Origin: a virus
DNA length: 64,000 nt
IMG/VR virus record: IMGVR_UViG_3300038443_001768
Reading direction: 5' to 3' (one strand)
Made by a program: the position numbers and the translations under genes. Below the pieces are notes generated by a model. It worked only from the letters and a program-made list of their open reading frames with translations. It did no database searches and was not told the origin of the DNA. Below are positions 35,726 to 44,806 of this stretch, piece by piece (positions within the stretch are counted from its first letter, which is position 1; the number at the start of each line of letters is the position of its first letter).

Positions 35726-36163
35726 TTAGCGGACGTCGAGCGCGGTTGCCGAGGCGAGCCAGTTCGTGCCGTCGAGGCAGCGGAGAGTGACGACGTCGAC
35801 CTTCGCCGCGCCCGTGGAGAGTGTCGGGGCGGTACCGGCCGGCCACTTCACCGTCGAAGGCCACGTAACGAGCCTCGAACCGGTCGCGTCCTGCTTGAGA
35901 GCGATGATGATGTCAGAGCCAGCAGTGGCTGTCGGGAACGTGAACGTGCAGTTCGCGGACAGCGTGATGTGGTTGAAGGCGTTGTTGACGATCGTCTGTG
36001 CCGCGCCGGAGGCGGCGACTGTGTTGACTGGTCGCACGACTGGAGCACCAATCGTGAACTGGGCACCCGCGCGATCCTGGCCAGAAACGATCTTGGCGAG
36101 GAGGTCGGATACCTTGCCGTATGAGAACGTGAAGCCGGACTTCGCGGAGGCGTAGGTGGTCAT
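35726..36163 (-). CDS. Putative virion fiber-like small protein
   Basis: LKQDATGSRLVTWP..VKWPAGTAPTLST..A.VDVV motif seen in phage fiber domains. Confidence 0.6.
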   Translation of the reverse strand: MTTYASAKSGFTFSYGKVSDLLAKIVSGQDRAGAQFTIGAPVVRPVNTVAASGAAQTIVNNAFNHITLSANCTFTFPTATAGSDIIIALKQDATGSRLVTWPSTVKWPAGTAPTLSTGAAKVDVVTLRCLDGTNWLASATALDVR

Positions 36164-36444
36164 AGCTCAAGGATACGACCGACCCTGCCATTCCTAGTCC
36201 CAGTCGCGGTCCTCCGGAATCGGCGTAGACGGAGCGCGCTGTGAGATCAGCACAGCCACCGTGATCGTGACGAGCACGCAGAGCGTCAAGATCCCCAACA
36301 TGCGTCAATCCAAATAGGGCGCGGTGGTCTCAAAATACGAGACCAACTCAGCCTCGAAGGCCTCATCATTGGTGAGCACTTCGAGCACCTCCAGCGGCGG
36401 CATCACCGTCTTCAGGACACGTACAACGAGTTGATCGATCAACT

Positions 36445-37442
36445 TCACTCCTCGATTGAATCAGCGGCGTCGGCGTGGTGCTGCGCGGCGGCTTTGGCGT
36501 CTCGGCGTCGACCGTAGATGCCGACCGTCTTGACGTCTGACGTTCCGGGCATGAAGAAGAACAACGTGTACTCGGGCATGCGCGGAACGCCGGGGCCGTG
36601 GTAGATCGAGCCAGATTGGATCATATAGCGTCCGCACTCGCTGTAGGCGGCGAAGGCGCTGTTCCAGCGCAGCTTAGTCACACGGAAGCTCCTTGAGCCA
36701 CAGCCGCGTCTCATAGAGGCCGGGCGGCGCTGGAGCCTCATCGGCATCAAGTAGCGCCTGATGTACCTGGCAATACATGAGATCAACACCGGCGGCGCGC
36801 TCAGCGTCGGTGTGGGCGATGCGAAAGCCATCATCGGCCAACCAAATGACGTGGCGGTCGCCGAGACCGTGCGCGGCTTGATAGGCGACGAGTTCCTCAA
36901 CGGTCATCGAGCGCTGTCCCAATACGAGTCGTGAACAGCGGAGCGGCGGCGGCCGTCGATGGCGGCGGCTTTTGCCCACTCGTCGCGCCACCCCTGCCAC
37001 TCAGCGTGTCGATCGCTCTCCTTGTAGGCCTTCTCCTCAATCTCTTCACCGCAGGCGTCAAAGTCAAGCCACTCGTTGGCATCGGCGGCGTTGGCGAAGT
37101 AGCTGCGGGGATCATCGACGATCACGCGGACGTCAACTCCACCGGCACAGCGGCGAGGATGCGGTTCTCGCGCAGCGTCTTCTGAAGCTCGGCGCACCAG
37201 ATCATCCATAGCTGGTTCTGGCGGCGAAGAGCGACGATCTCACGTTCCATCACGGTCGGGTCACGCACCATAGCGGCGCAGGGGTTGTTCAACTTCAACG
37301 CGCCGAGACAGCCTCGGCAGAGCCGGTTGTCGTCATCGGAGCAGAGAACGACCCCGCAGCGGCAGCGCACGAAGGGCTCATCCTCTGGGTGACAGTGTCC
37401 GCGGTCACAGATTCTGTGCTTCCGCGTCCCGAAATCGGTCAT
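36445..37442 (-). CDS. Operon of small hypothetical genes (first gene 37122-37442)
   Basis: Coupled short ORFs; TAGACT box 6 nt before the ATG at 37442. Confidence 0.5.
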
Positions 37443-37545
37443 GCGGGAAGTCTATCACAGGTATTCAAGTGGGTCAAACCTTCGGTGTCACGCCTAAAAC
37501 CGCATAGGTAAGCCAAAAACGCACCGATTGTTGAACAATATGAGT

Positions 37546-37570
37546 GATTCAAGTGGGTCGAATGTGGGTA
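37546..37570 (-). repeat. Second copy of the 25-bp element
   Basis: Exact reverse complement of 10587-10611. Confidence 0.85.
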
Positions 37571-39042
37571 GGCGGCGGCGGAGAGGAGATATCTTCACGT
37601 TGAGACATTTACTTGATTTACGTCGGGATTTGGCTCTACTAAGCCAAAAATTTCACATACCCACGAGTATGCGAACCGTGTGCTAGGCTTAGGCCACGCC
37701 CGCCTCGGCCGGGGCGGCGCTCGGCAGAGCGAAGCCTGGCTGGCAGGGTAGGGTCGAAATGTGTCCTCCTCGACGGGACACACAGAGAGACCAGTACCAG
37801 GTCTTCTCCGACGATCTCAATAATCACGACGATGAGATCGACCACACGGGGGAGGCGTCCGTCTTGTTTCGGCGCGTCAAGTACGTCGCCGGACCCCGGG
37901 GGTTGCGGCGCTCGCGGTGTGCGCTATCGTTGTTGGGGTCGCTGGGGTTGCTCCTCCTCGGAGCCGACACGGACCTCAGCGGCCGACGGGGGAGTGGCTG
38001 GACGTCATCCCCACGGCCTCTCCCTCCGGGGATAAGCGGGACACCGGGGCGTGCGACTGGTTGGAACCAGGACCGCCCAGGCGCCGATTGGTTGCCGTCT
38101 CGGGTCCTGCTGCCCTGCTTAGGTGCGCGCGTGGGGTGGCATCTGGCGGTGCACCGTGACCTCTTGGCGCGGCTCGATCGTCATCACATCGCCCGGCATC
38201 AGCGTCACCGGCTCGTCCTCGTCGGGCAGGTAGATGCGCGTCATCCAGTCTTCGCCGACTTCGACGACGATGCGGGCGCAACGCATGGGTTGCGTTTCCG
38301 TGTATTCGGCGTATGATTCGGTCATGAAAGCTCCTCCCTACTATTTCACTCCACAGCCGCGTCCTCGCCGGCCGCGCCGCACACGTCGTCCTCGCGCCAT
38401 CATTGACGACGAGGATTGGCTCCGCCGTGAGGGCCTGTCGCGTCCTGAGCGGTCGCTGGCGCGTGAGTGTAGGCTGTTCGCGGTGTTCGTGCTCGGCGTT
38501 GCCTTCGTGTGTTACTTGGTCGGCGTTACGCTGGTCATGCTGTTCGGATAGACACGTCTGTTCCTACGAAGGCCTCGTCTGGCACGCGCACTCCAACGAT
38601 CACGCCGCCGCGACCCGGCCCGGTGAGTTCGCGCTGACGTGCGCGCGCCTCTTCGATCGTCACGTACACGGTGAGCGGGTCATCATCGCCGGGCACCGAC
38701 ATGCCCTCGTATGAATATTCCTGGAGTACGACGAATCCGATCATGTGCGATGTGCGCTCGGCCTTTCGTGCCTCGCGACTAGCAGCGGTCGGCATAGAAG
38801 CTCACCGTTAGGCCGTTGAACCTAGTCTCGATGCCGTGACGGCGAAGGATATTGGCGGCCTTCGCTCCTAATCTGCTGAGATAGCCGCCACCGAAATGCG
38901 CAGGCGGCACGATGCCGGCGCGGATGATGAGCTTGAGGTCTTCGATGTCTTGGTTGGTCATACGAGAATGGCAGTCGAAAAGCACGTAAACGTAGAGGGC
39001 CGGGAGCGATGTCCCGGCCCTCGTCGCTTGAGGCCTCCGTGC

Positions 39043-39567
39043 CTAGCAGTCGCCGCTCTTTCTGGCGGCGGCCATCGCCGAGGCCAACGACGGCGCACGG
39101 CGAGGCAGGGCGTGAATCCCGTACGGGAGCGGGACCTTCCTCGACAGTGCCGCTTCGAAGAAGTTCTCCATCCGCCGGTCGTAGTCGGCCTTCAGATTCC
39201 GATACGTGGACTTGTAGGCCAGCACGGGGTCCTCGACCAGGGTCGGTGAGTCCGCGTCAGACGCTGCGTCCTTGGCGTTACATGCCGTTGCCGCCGCCTG
39301 CTTCATGTCCTCCCAGTCTCTGAGGATTGCGTCGGTCTGCTCTCTCACGTGCGGCATCTGGGTGTTCTTGTGCGCTTCGTGCACGTACTGCCCGCCGTCG
39401 TGGAGGGCCGTCGAGAGCAGTGTCGCCGCGCCCAACAGGACCACGACGCCGACGATCCATGCCACGGGATGCCGCGTGAATGAGGTGCCGGCCTTGGCGG
39501 CGCTCTTCGCGGCCCGATCGGCGCGGTCTTCCCAGATCTCGCCGTTGCTGCGGTCGTCGTGATTCAC
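39043..39567 (-). CDS. Single-pass membrane protein
   Basis: Hydrophobic helix VAWIVGVVVLLGAATLL; coupled to lipoprotein gene. Confidence 0.7.
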   Translation of the reverse strand: MNHDDRSNGEIWEDRADRAAKSAAKAGTSFTRHPVAWIVGVVVLLGAATLLSTALHDGGQYVHEAHKNTQMPHVREQTDAILRDWEDMKQAAATACNAKDAASDADSPTLVEDPVLAYKSTYRNLKADYDRRMENFFEAALSRKVPLPYGIHALPRRAPSLASAMAAARKSGDC

Positions 39568-40208
39568 TTCTGGTCTCCGATCGCGTTTTCGATGATGCGC
39601 TGTGCCAGCGCCGGCTTGCCTGCCTTGAGCGCCGCTTGAGCAGCCGTGTCTGCCCGCCCGAGATTAGCGTCGACGGTAAGCGAGATCTTCGTGGACTTGC
39701 GCTGGAACTGCGTCGGCTTGTTCGAGCAGTACGTTTCCAGGTTGAAGAAGTCTACGTACGCGCCGCCCGGCGTGAACCCGTACCGGTACTGCGGCGGGTT
39801 CGGGTGGTAGAGGCCGTCGACTGAGCGCTTCGGGATCACCGAGGCGTCCGAGTAACTGCCAGGATGATCATCGAGAACCCCCTCAGGGGCGAAGTACGAG
39901 GTGCTAGAACTTGTCAGCTTGCCCGTCACCGGCACCGTTACCAGCGGCGACGACGGGTTGTTGAAGCTGAACGTGCACCAGAGGATGTTGGACGGGTCGT
40001 CGTAGATCTCTTGCGCGTGGTTGTAGTTCTTGAACTCGACGTCGTTCTTCGGCAGGTAGGGCGCGCGACGCGAGGCCTTCTTGGCGACCTGCTTGTAAAT
40101 CTCAGCCTGGCTCGGCGGATGCGGCTTGCTCTGCTCGCCCCCGCCGCAACCGGTGGCGGCGAGGCCTCCGAACACCAGCACGGTCAGCATGATGATGATC
40201 TTGCGCAT
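39564..40208 (-). CDS. Lipoprotein (paralog B)
   Basis: Signal peptide with lipobox-like ATGC; clear similarity to 40457-41101. Confidence 0.75.
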   Translation of the reverse strand: MRKIIIMLTVLVFGGLAATGCGGGEQSKPHPPSQAEIYKQVAKKASRRAPYLPKNDVEFKNYNHAQEIYDDPSNILWCTFSFNNPSSPLVTVPVTGKLTSSSTSYFAPEGVLDDHPGSYSDASVIPKRSVDGLYHPNPPQYRYGFTPGGAYVDFFNLETYCSNKPTQFQRKSTKISLTVDANLGRADTAAQAALKAGKPALAQRIIENAIGDQK

Positions 40209-40456
40209 CAGAGAGTGATCTCCTGTACGATCGCGGGCGCGACAGCGGTCTTCTCCTTGCGGATCTTGAAGATCCCGACTCCGTTGTGCCGTCCGGCGTG
40301 ATCTGCGACCACTACGACATCTCCGTGGTTGAAGAGGGTCGCAGACTTGGCACTTGTCTCACGTAGCGCGTCCTCAGGGGTGGTGCCCTTGGCCTCGCCA
40401 AACTCCCACCAGGCCACGAGCTTGGGGTCGATCCTCCAGATGTGGTAGTTGTTCAT
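40208..40456 (-). CDS. Hypothetical protein
   Basis: 82 aa coupled ORF between the lipoprotein paralogs. Confidence 0.6.
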   Translation of the reverse strand: MNNYHIWRIDPKLVAWWEFGEAKGTTPEDALRETSAKSATLFNHGDVVVVADHAGRHNGVGIFKIRKEKTAVAPAIVQEITL

Positions 40457-41101
40457 CTACTTATCCGAATCGAGAGCGTTGAGAGCACGCTGCGCGCCGG
40501 CTCGGTCGCCCCGCGCGAGTGCGGCCTCCGCGGCCTGATCGGCGGCCTTGGCCTGTTCATCAACCGTGACGGCGACCTTGGTGGTCTGGCGCTGGAAGCG
40601 CGTCAGTGCGGTCGTGCACAGGGTGGGCATGTTGAAGAAGTCCACGTACTGGCCGCCAGGAGTGAAGCCGTAGCGATACGGCGGCGGCGAGCCGTGATAC
40701 ATACCGTCGACGGATCGCCGCTCGGGCGTGTACTCGGGATGATCGATGTTGTGATCGCCACGCCACGCTCGCGTGGATGGGAAGAACGAGACACTCGACG
40801 AGGTCAGCTTGCCGGCGATCGGAATCGTCACAAGCGGCGAAGACGCGTTGCCCCACGTGGTGGTGCACCAGACGATCGTGTTGGGGTTCGCGTACAGCCG
40901 CTGAGCGGCCGTGTAGTTCTTGAACTCAGGAGACGGCCATGCCGGAACAAATGGCCGAGTCGAGTTCGAGCGGCCGTCGATCTGCGAGAGGATGTCTCCG
41001 GCGCTGTCTGCGCCAGCGACGGCAAGTGAGCCGCCGCAACCTGCTACGGCCAGCACTAGGGCAGCGCCCCAGGCCGGTCCGATCTTGCGTAGGATCTTCA
41101 A
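40457..41101 (-). CDS. Lipoprotein (paralog A)
   Basis: Lipobox VAGC; AAGGAG RBS; shares SSPLVT.P..GKLTSSS and YRYGFTPGG.YVDFFN with paralog B. Confidence 0.75.
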   Translation of the reverse strand: MKILRKIGPAWGAALVLAVAGCGGSLAVAGADSAGDILSQIDGRSNSTRPFVPAWPSPEFKNYTAAQRLYANPNTIVWCTTTWGNASSPLVTIPIAGKLTSSSVSFFPSTRAWRGDHNIDHPEYTPERRSVDGMYHGSPPPYRYGFTPGGQYVDFFNMPTLCTTALTRFQRQTTKVAVTVDEQAKAADQAAEAALARGDRAGAQRALNALDSDK

Positions 41102-41133
41102 GGTTCTCCTTCCAGGAGTGGATGATGTCGCGA

Positions 41134-41162
41134 ACTGTAGCCGGTCCGCATCGGCGTGTCAA
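41134..41162 (-). promoter_or_regulatory. Primary-sigma-type promoter of lipoprotein operon
   Basis: TTGACA-17 nt-TACAGT. Confidence 0.7.
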
Positions 41163-41176
41163 GCGTGAAAAGCTTT

Positions 41177-41471
41177 GCTAGCCTCGATAGCCGGGGTTCT
41201 GTTCCGCTGACGCGGCGCTGACCATCCATCTACGCCTCGCGGCGTCCGTCATCTCTCAACGTGACGGTTCTCTCACCATGACCTCCTCCGGGTGTCCTCA
41301 GGAGGTCGAACTTGAGATCTCATCCAGGCCTCGGCGAACTGCTGGCTTATTAGGCTTTGCTCTCGTGGTCCAAGCGGCCAAAGACCTCCCACCGGCCGTT
41401 TACGTCGAGTTAGCCCCGACGTGGATGCCCCGAACTTCCTCTACGTCTCCGCAGCGGCCAGCCCGGCTAGC
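41177..41471 (-). ncRNA. rnpB: RNase P RNA (compact, ~295 nt)
   Basis: P1 GCTAGCC/GGCTAGC, P2 GCTGGCC/GGTCAGC, P3, GAGGAAGTTCGGGG pairing with AACAGAACCCCGGCTA (P4 with bulged U), AGATGGATG after GNRA-capped P18, GGT in L15-like loop. Confidence 0.88.
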
Positions 41472-41918
41472 CCTGTGACTCTAGCAGATATCGAATCTCG
41501 TTCAAGGCTCTGATCGCGTCTACTTCGGGCGCTCCGCCTTCAGGCGAGTCTGCGCCTGCGATGCGCATCAGCGACATCACCGCGCAGACTAGCGTGGCGT
41601 CCTCGAACTTCAGTAGTTCCTTGGATGGCGCGGCTTCGTAGACTTCATCGACCGAGAAGCGTGTGAACATTACGGTGAGTTCGACTCCAACGGGTATAGC
41701 GCCTGGAAGGCTTCGATGTTGAGCGAGAAGCCATAGTTTATGACCTCGTCGCCCACACGCTGAAGCACAACCGTACCAACACCAGGAACGACGATGTCGA
41801 TGTCCTGCTCGGTTCGTCCGTCTCCATAGTCGCGAGGCTCGTGATAATCGATCTCGGCGTCGACCTGTTTAGTGTCAACAGGCCGCGCGGACACGAAGCT
41901 CACGTTCCAGAGTTGCAA
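41467..41918 (-). CDS. Two small hypothetical genes (41467-41670, 41670-41918)
   Basis: Coupled ORFs; last stop codon overlaps the RNase P 5' stem. Confidence 0.55.
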
Positions 41919-42408
41919 GGCCGATCAATAGCTTGGCGTTGTCGGCTTCGTCGATGGTCTTGCGTAGGTCACGTAGTTCGATCCCGTAGCTACGGACGTC
42001 CTCCTCGACGTCATACTCAACACCCTCAGCCTTCGATAGATCAGTCGCCAGGTAGAGGTGCGTGAACTCGTCGGTGATGCCCTCGGAGGTGTAGAAACCG
42101 GCCGCGTAGTACCACCGCTTCGCGGTCAGGCAGAACTCTTCGGCAAGCTCGCGCATCGCCGCCTCAAGATGATCCTCGCCTGGGTCGATCTTGCCTGCAC
42201 ACAACGAGACAACGCGCCGGCCAGTGACCTCGCGCGGCTGCTCGCCGACGTAGAAGAACTCGTCATCAAAGGGCAGCACGGCGACAACATCGCCAGGCGC
42301 GGCCCATTCCCGCTCGACCGTGGTTCCGTCCTCGCGCTGGAAGACACCCCACTTGACCGAGAACCGCCGGCCCTCGTAGTGTGTCTTCTCAAGAAGCTTC
42401 TTGATCAT
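41875..42408 (-). CDS. NUDIX hydrolase (ADP-ribose pyrophosphatase-like)
   Basis: Nudix box GKIDPGEDHLEAAMRELAEE; YTSEGITDE..HLYLA. Confidence 0.88.
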   Translation of the reverse strand: MIKKLLEKTHYEGRRFSVKWGVFQREDGTTVEREWAAPGDVVAVLPFDDEFFYVGEQPREVTGRRVVSLCAGKIDPGEDHLEAAMRELAEEFCLTAKRWYYAAGFYTSEGITDEFTHLYLATDLSKAEGVEYDVEEDVRSYGIELRDLRKTIDEADNAKLLIGLATLERELRVRAAC

Positions 42409-42960
42409 CTAGACAACTCTTTCCAGCGGTTGACGCGAGCGACGAGGTCCGGGCGGCCCCAGAAGTTCGGCGACGTGGCCCTCACGGTGTCGGCGGCGTC
42501 TTCAAGCGCGCCCTGTAAGGCCCCGATGAGTGGCGCAAGCTCCTCGTACACATAGTCAGCATATCGGTCGGCGGCGATCAAGGACATGCGATAGCCGGCC
42601 AGAGAGCGTTCTAGCTCCTCGTAGTCATCCCGGATTCGGTTGGCAGCGCGATCCAGCGCTGCGTTGATGTCAGTTGCGGACAACGGTGAACCTCGCAGTC
42701 GCTGTGTTGGCTTCGATGTAGTCGTGCTCGGCCTGCGCGTGTTCGATCCTCAGTCGGAGCGCTTCAATGGCGCGCTCTTCGGTCTTGTGCCCGCGCACCG
42801 CGTACGAGCGCGGAAAGCGTGCCCGCCGAATACGACGTCCCTCGTCATCGATTGCTGGCTTGATCTCTGTGGCCTCAGCGGCCCAGAGCCACTTACGGCC
42901 GATCGCGACGTGTCTGCGTTCGGGGTAGACACGGACCGTGAACTCGATTTCAGCCGACAT
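42405..42960 (-). CDS. Two hypothetical genes (42405-42683, 42670-42960)
   Basis: Coupled ORFs in the minus-strand operon. Confidence 0.55.
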
Positions 42961-43301
42961 CGCGGATCACCGTCAGTAGCTCGCGCGCGACATCGGTGCC
43001 GTGCTTCTCGCGGGCCTCGATGCCGGCCTCGAAGCCCTTCAGATAGGCTTCGCGCTCGCCGTCGGTGCGCCGAACGATAGCGCTCTCGGCGCTCGGCTGT
43101 GACCAGCCGCGACTGTCGACGTCGTTGGGACAGCCAGGCCAGTGCGTACCGGTGTGGGTGCCGCAGGTAGAACAGCTTCTACCGCCCACGTAGATACTCC
43201 GTGTACGAGCATCGCGTGCAGTGCATCTCTGTGAAGTCGTGCGTGAACGCCGGATGCCCACAGAACGGCCTTCGCAGCCAACGCAGAATGATCTCCATCC
43301 T

Positions 43302-43694
43302 CTATGTCCTTTCCTCGTGAATGGTCTCGACCGGTATACCCATGCTGCGAGCAAGCTCGACTGTGTGATCGGTTCCGTTAGAGCGCCCAGTAGCGCGGAA
43401 GGCAATCACTCGATCAGGAAGGAACGAATTCAGCATCCGTCGGTTACGTCGTAGCGGCGCGACGCGCGGATTCGGTCCATCGACACCGGTCGTGCCTCCC
43501 CGGATTGGAAATGGCCACTGTTTGATTCCGAGCGCCGCGGCTGCCGTTTCGACCAACAGGTCAGCACCGCCGCCGGGCGACTTCCCGTGTGCGATCTCAA
43601 GGCCGTCGCCCCATTTGCGCTGAAGCTTGACCAGCGTCTCGCGTACCGTCTCGTAGTCTCGCCAATGTCTTGAGCCTGTGAAGCAGATCCTCAT
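43302..43694 (-). CDS. SLOG superfamily (DUF2493/YspA-like) protein
   Basis: MRICFTGSRHW, HG..GGAD, RRNRRML, GT..TV.LA motifs. Confidence 0.8.
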   Translation of the reverse strand: MRICFTGSRHWRDYETVRETLVKLQRKWGDGLEIAHGKSPGGGADLLVETAAAALGIKQWPFPIRGGTTGVDGPNPRVAPLRRNRRMLNSFLPDRVIAFRATGRSNGTDHTVELARSMGIPVETIHEERT

Positions 43695-43816
43695 TCAATC
43701 AATCCAGGTCGGGGTCCAGAGCGCGCAGCAGTCACGCCGAGCGCAATAGATGGTCCCGCTTGGGTAGGCTCGTGTCCAGTCGTGTCGTCCGATGGCGCAC
43801 AAAATCCGCGACAGCA

Positions 43817-44423
43817 CTAATCCTCCAGCCCGCAGCGCGGACAGCAGTGGCGCATTGCGTAGCATACGACGCAGTCTGGGGGGTCATTGTCGCCCTCGAT
43901 GACGCTCCCGTCGAGCGGCGTGCCGCAGTAGGCCACATCCGGCGAACATGCACAAAAGTAGTGCGTGAACTCGTCGTCGTCCTCGATGCTGCCGAGGTCG
44001 AGGATGATGTCTTCATCCAGTAGCGTCATCGCTTCCTCCCGAACACGGCGGCCGAGAAGAGAACACCGCCCGCGGTTAGCGGAGTCGCCTGATAGTGCAC
44101 CTCAGGCACCTCGCCGGCCTTTTGGACGCGCTCGACGACTTGATTGAAGCGAAAACTGAAGTCATGGAAGTCGCTGCTCTTCACGAACCAGTAGCTGCCG
44201 ATCTCGCCTCTTGTGCGCGGGCTACGCCTTAGGATGCTCATCGTTCCCTCTCAATGACTAGTGCTGAGTAACGTGTTGTTGTGTTACCGGCGCGGCTGGT
44301 CGAGAATTGAATTTCGGCTAGATGATTATCGCCCTGTATGTTCTTGATGCGTTCCGTGAGCACGTCGTGGAAGTGCGAGCCGTCGGTGTCACTGATCAGG
44401 GAGGTTGCGATGACCTTGGTCAC
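43817..44423 (-). CDS. Three small hypothetical genes (43817-44029, 44026-44241, 44238-44423)
   Basis: ATGA-coupled ORFs. Confidence 0.55.
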
Positions 44424-44806
44424 GCCGCCTCGCTCATGTTGTTGAACTTATCAAGCGTGCGCAGGTAGTACTCCTCGACCGTCATGCCTGTGTTGGGGAT
44501 CACTTGTACGGATCGATCATCCCAAAGCTCGACCATGCCGAAGTCCTTCTCGTTGGTGATTTCGAGCGCCTGTCCTACATGCTCGATCAGCCACGCACGG
44601 ACGTAGGACCTGGCCTGCTCGCGCTCAGGTCCCTTCCCGCCGACCCGAGCCGTCACGATTCGCACCTCGATGCCGTCGGCGAGCCAATCCTTGACGCGCT
44701 GAACCATCGCTGGTACAGGACGACCGATATGTTCGATTCCCTGCCAGCCCTCGTAGACCGCGAGTGTTCCGTCGAGATCGACGCCAATCCAGCCTTTACT
44801 GATCAC
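44420..44806 (-). CDS. HAD-family phosphatase
   Basis: DLDGTL motif I, TAR motif II, K motif III, WDDR motif IV. Confidence 0.85.
   Translation of the reverse strand: MISKGWIGVDLDGTLAVYEGWQGIEHIGRPVPAMVQRVKDWLADGIEVRIVTARVGGKGPEREQARSYVRAWLIEHVGQALEITNEKDFGMVELWDDRSVQVIPNTGMTVEEYYLRTLDKFNNMSEAA

Noticed and set aside
10587-37570. Transposon or dedicated invertible element bounded by the 25-bp inverted repeats
   Set aside because: No recombinase or transposase in the window; orientation relative to operons fits a regulatory site better
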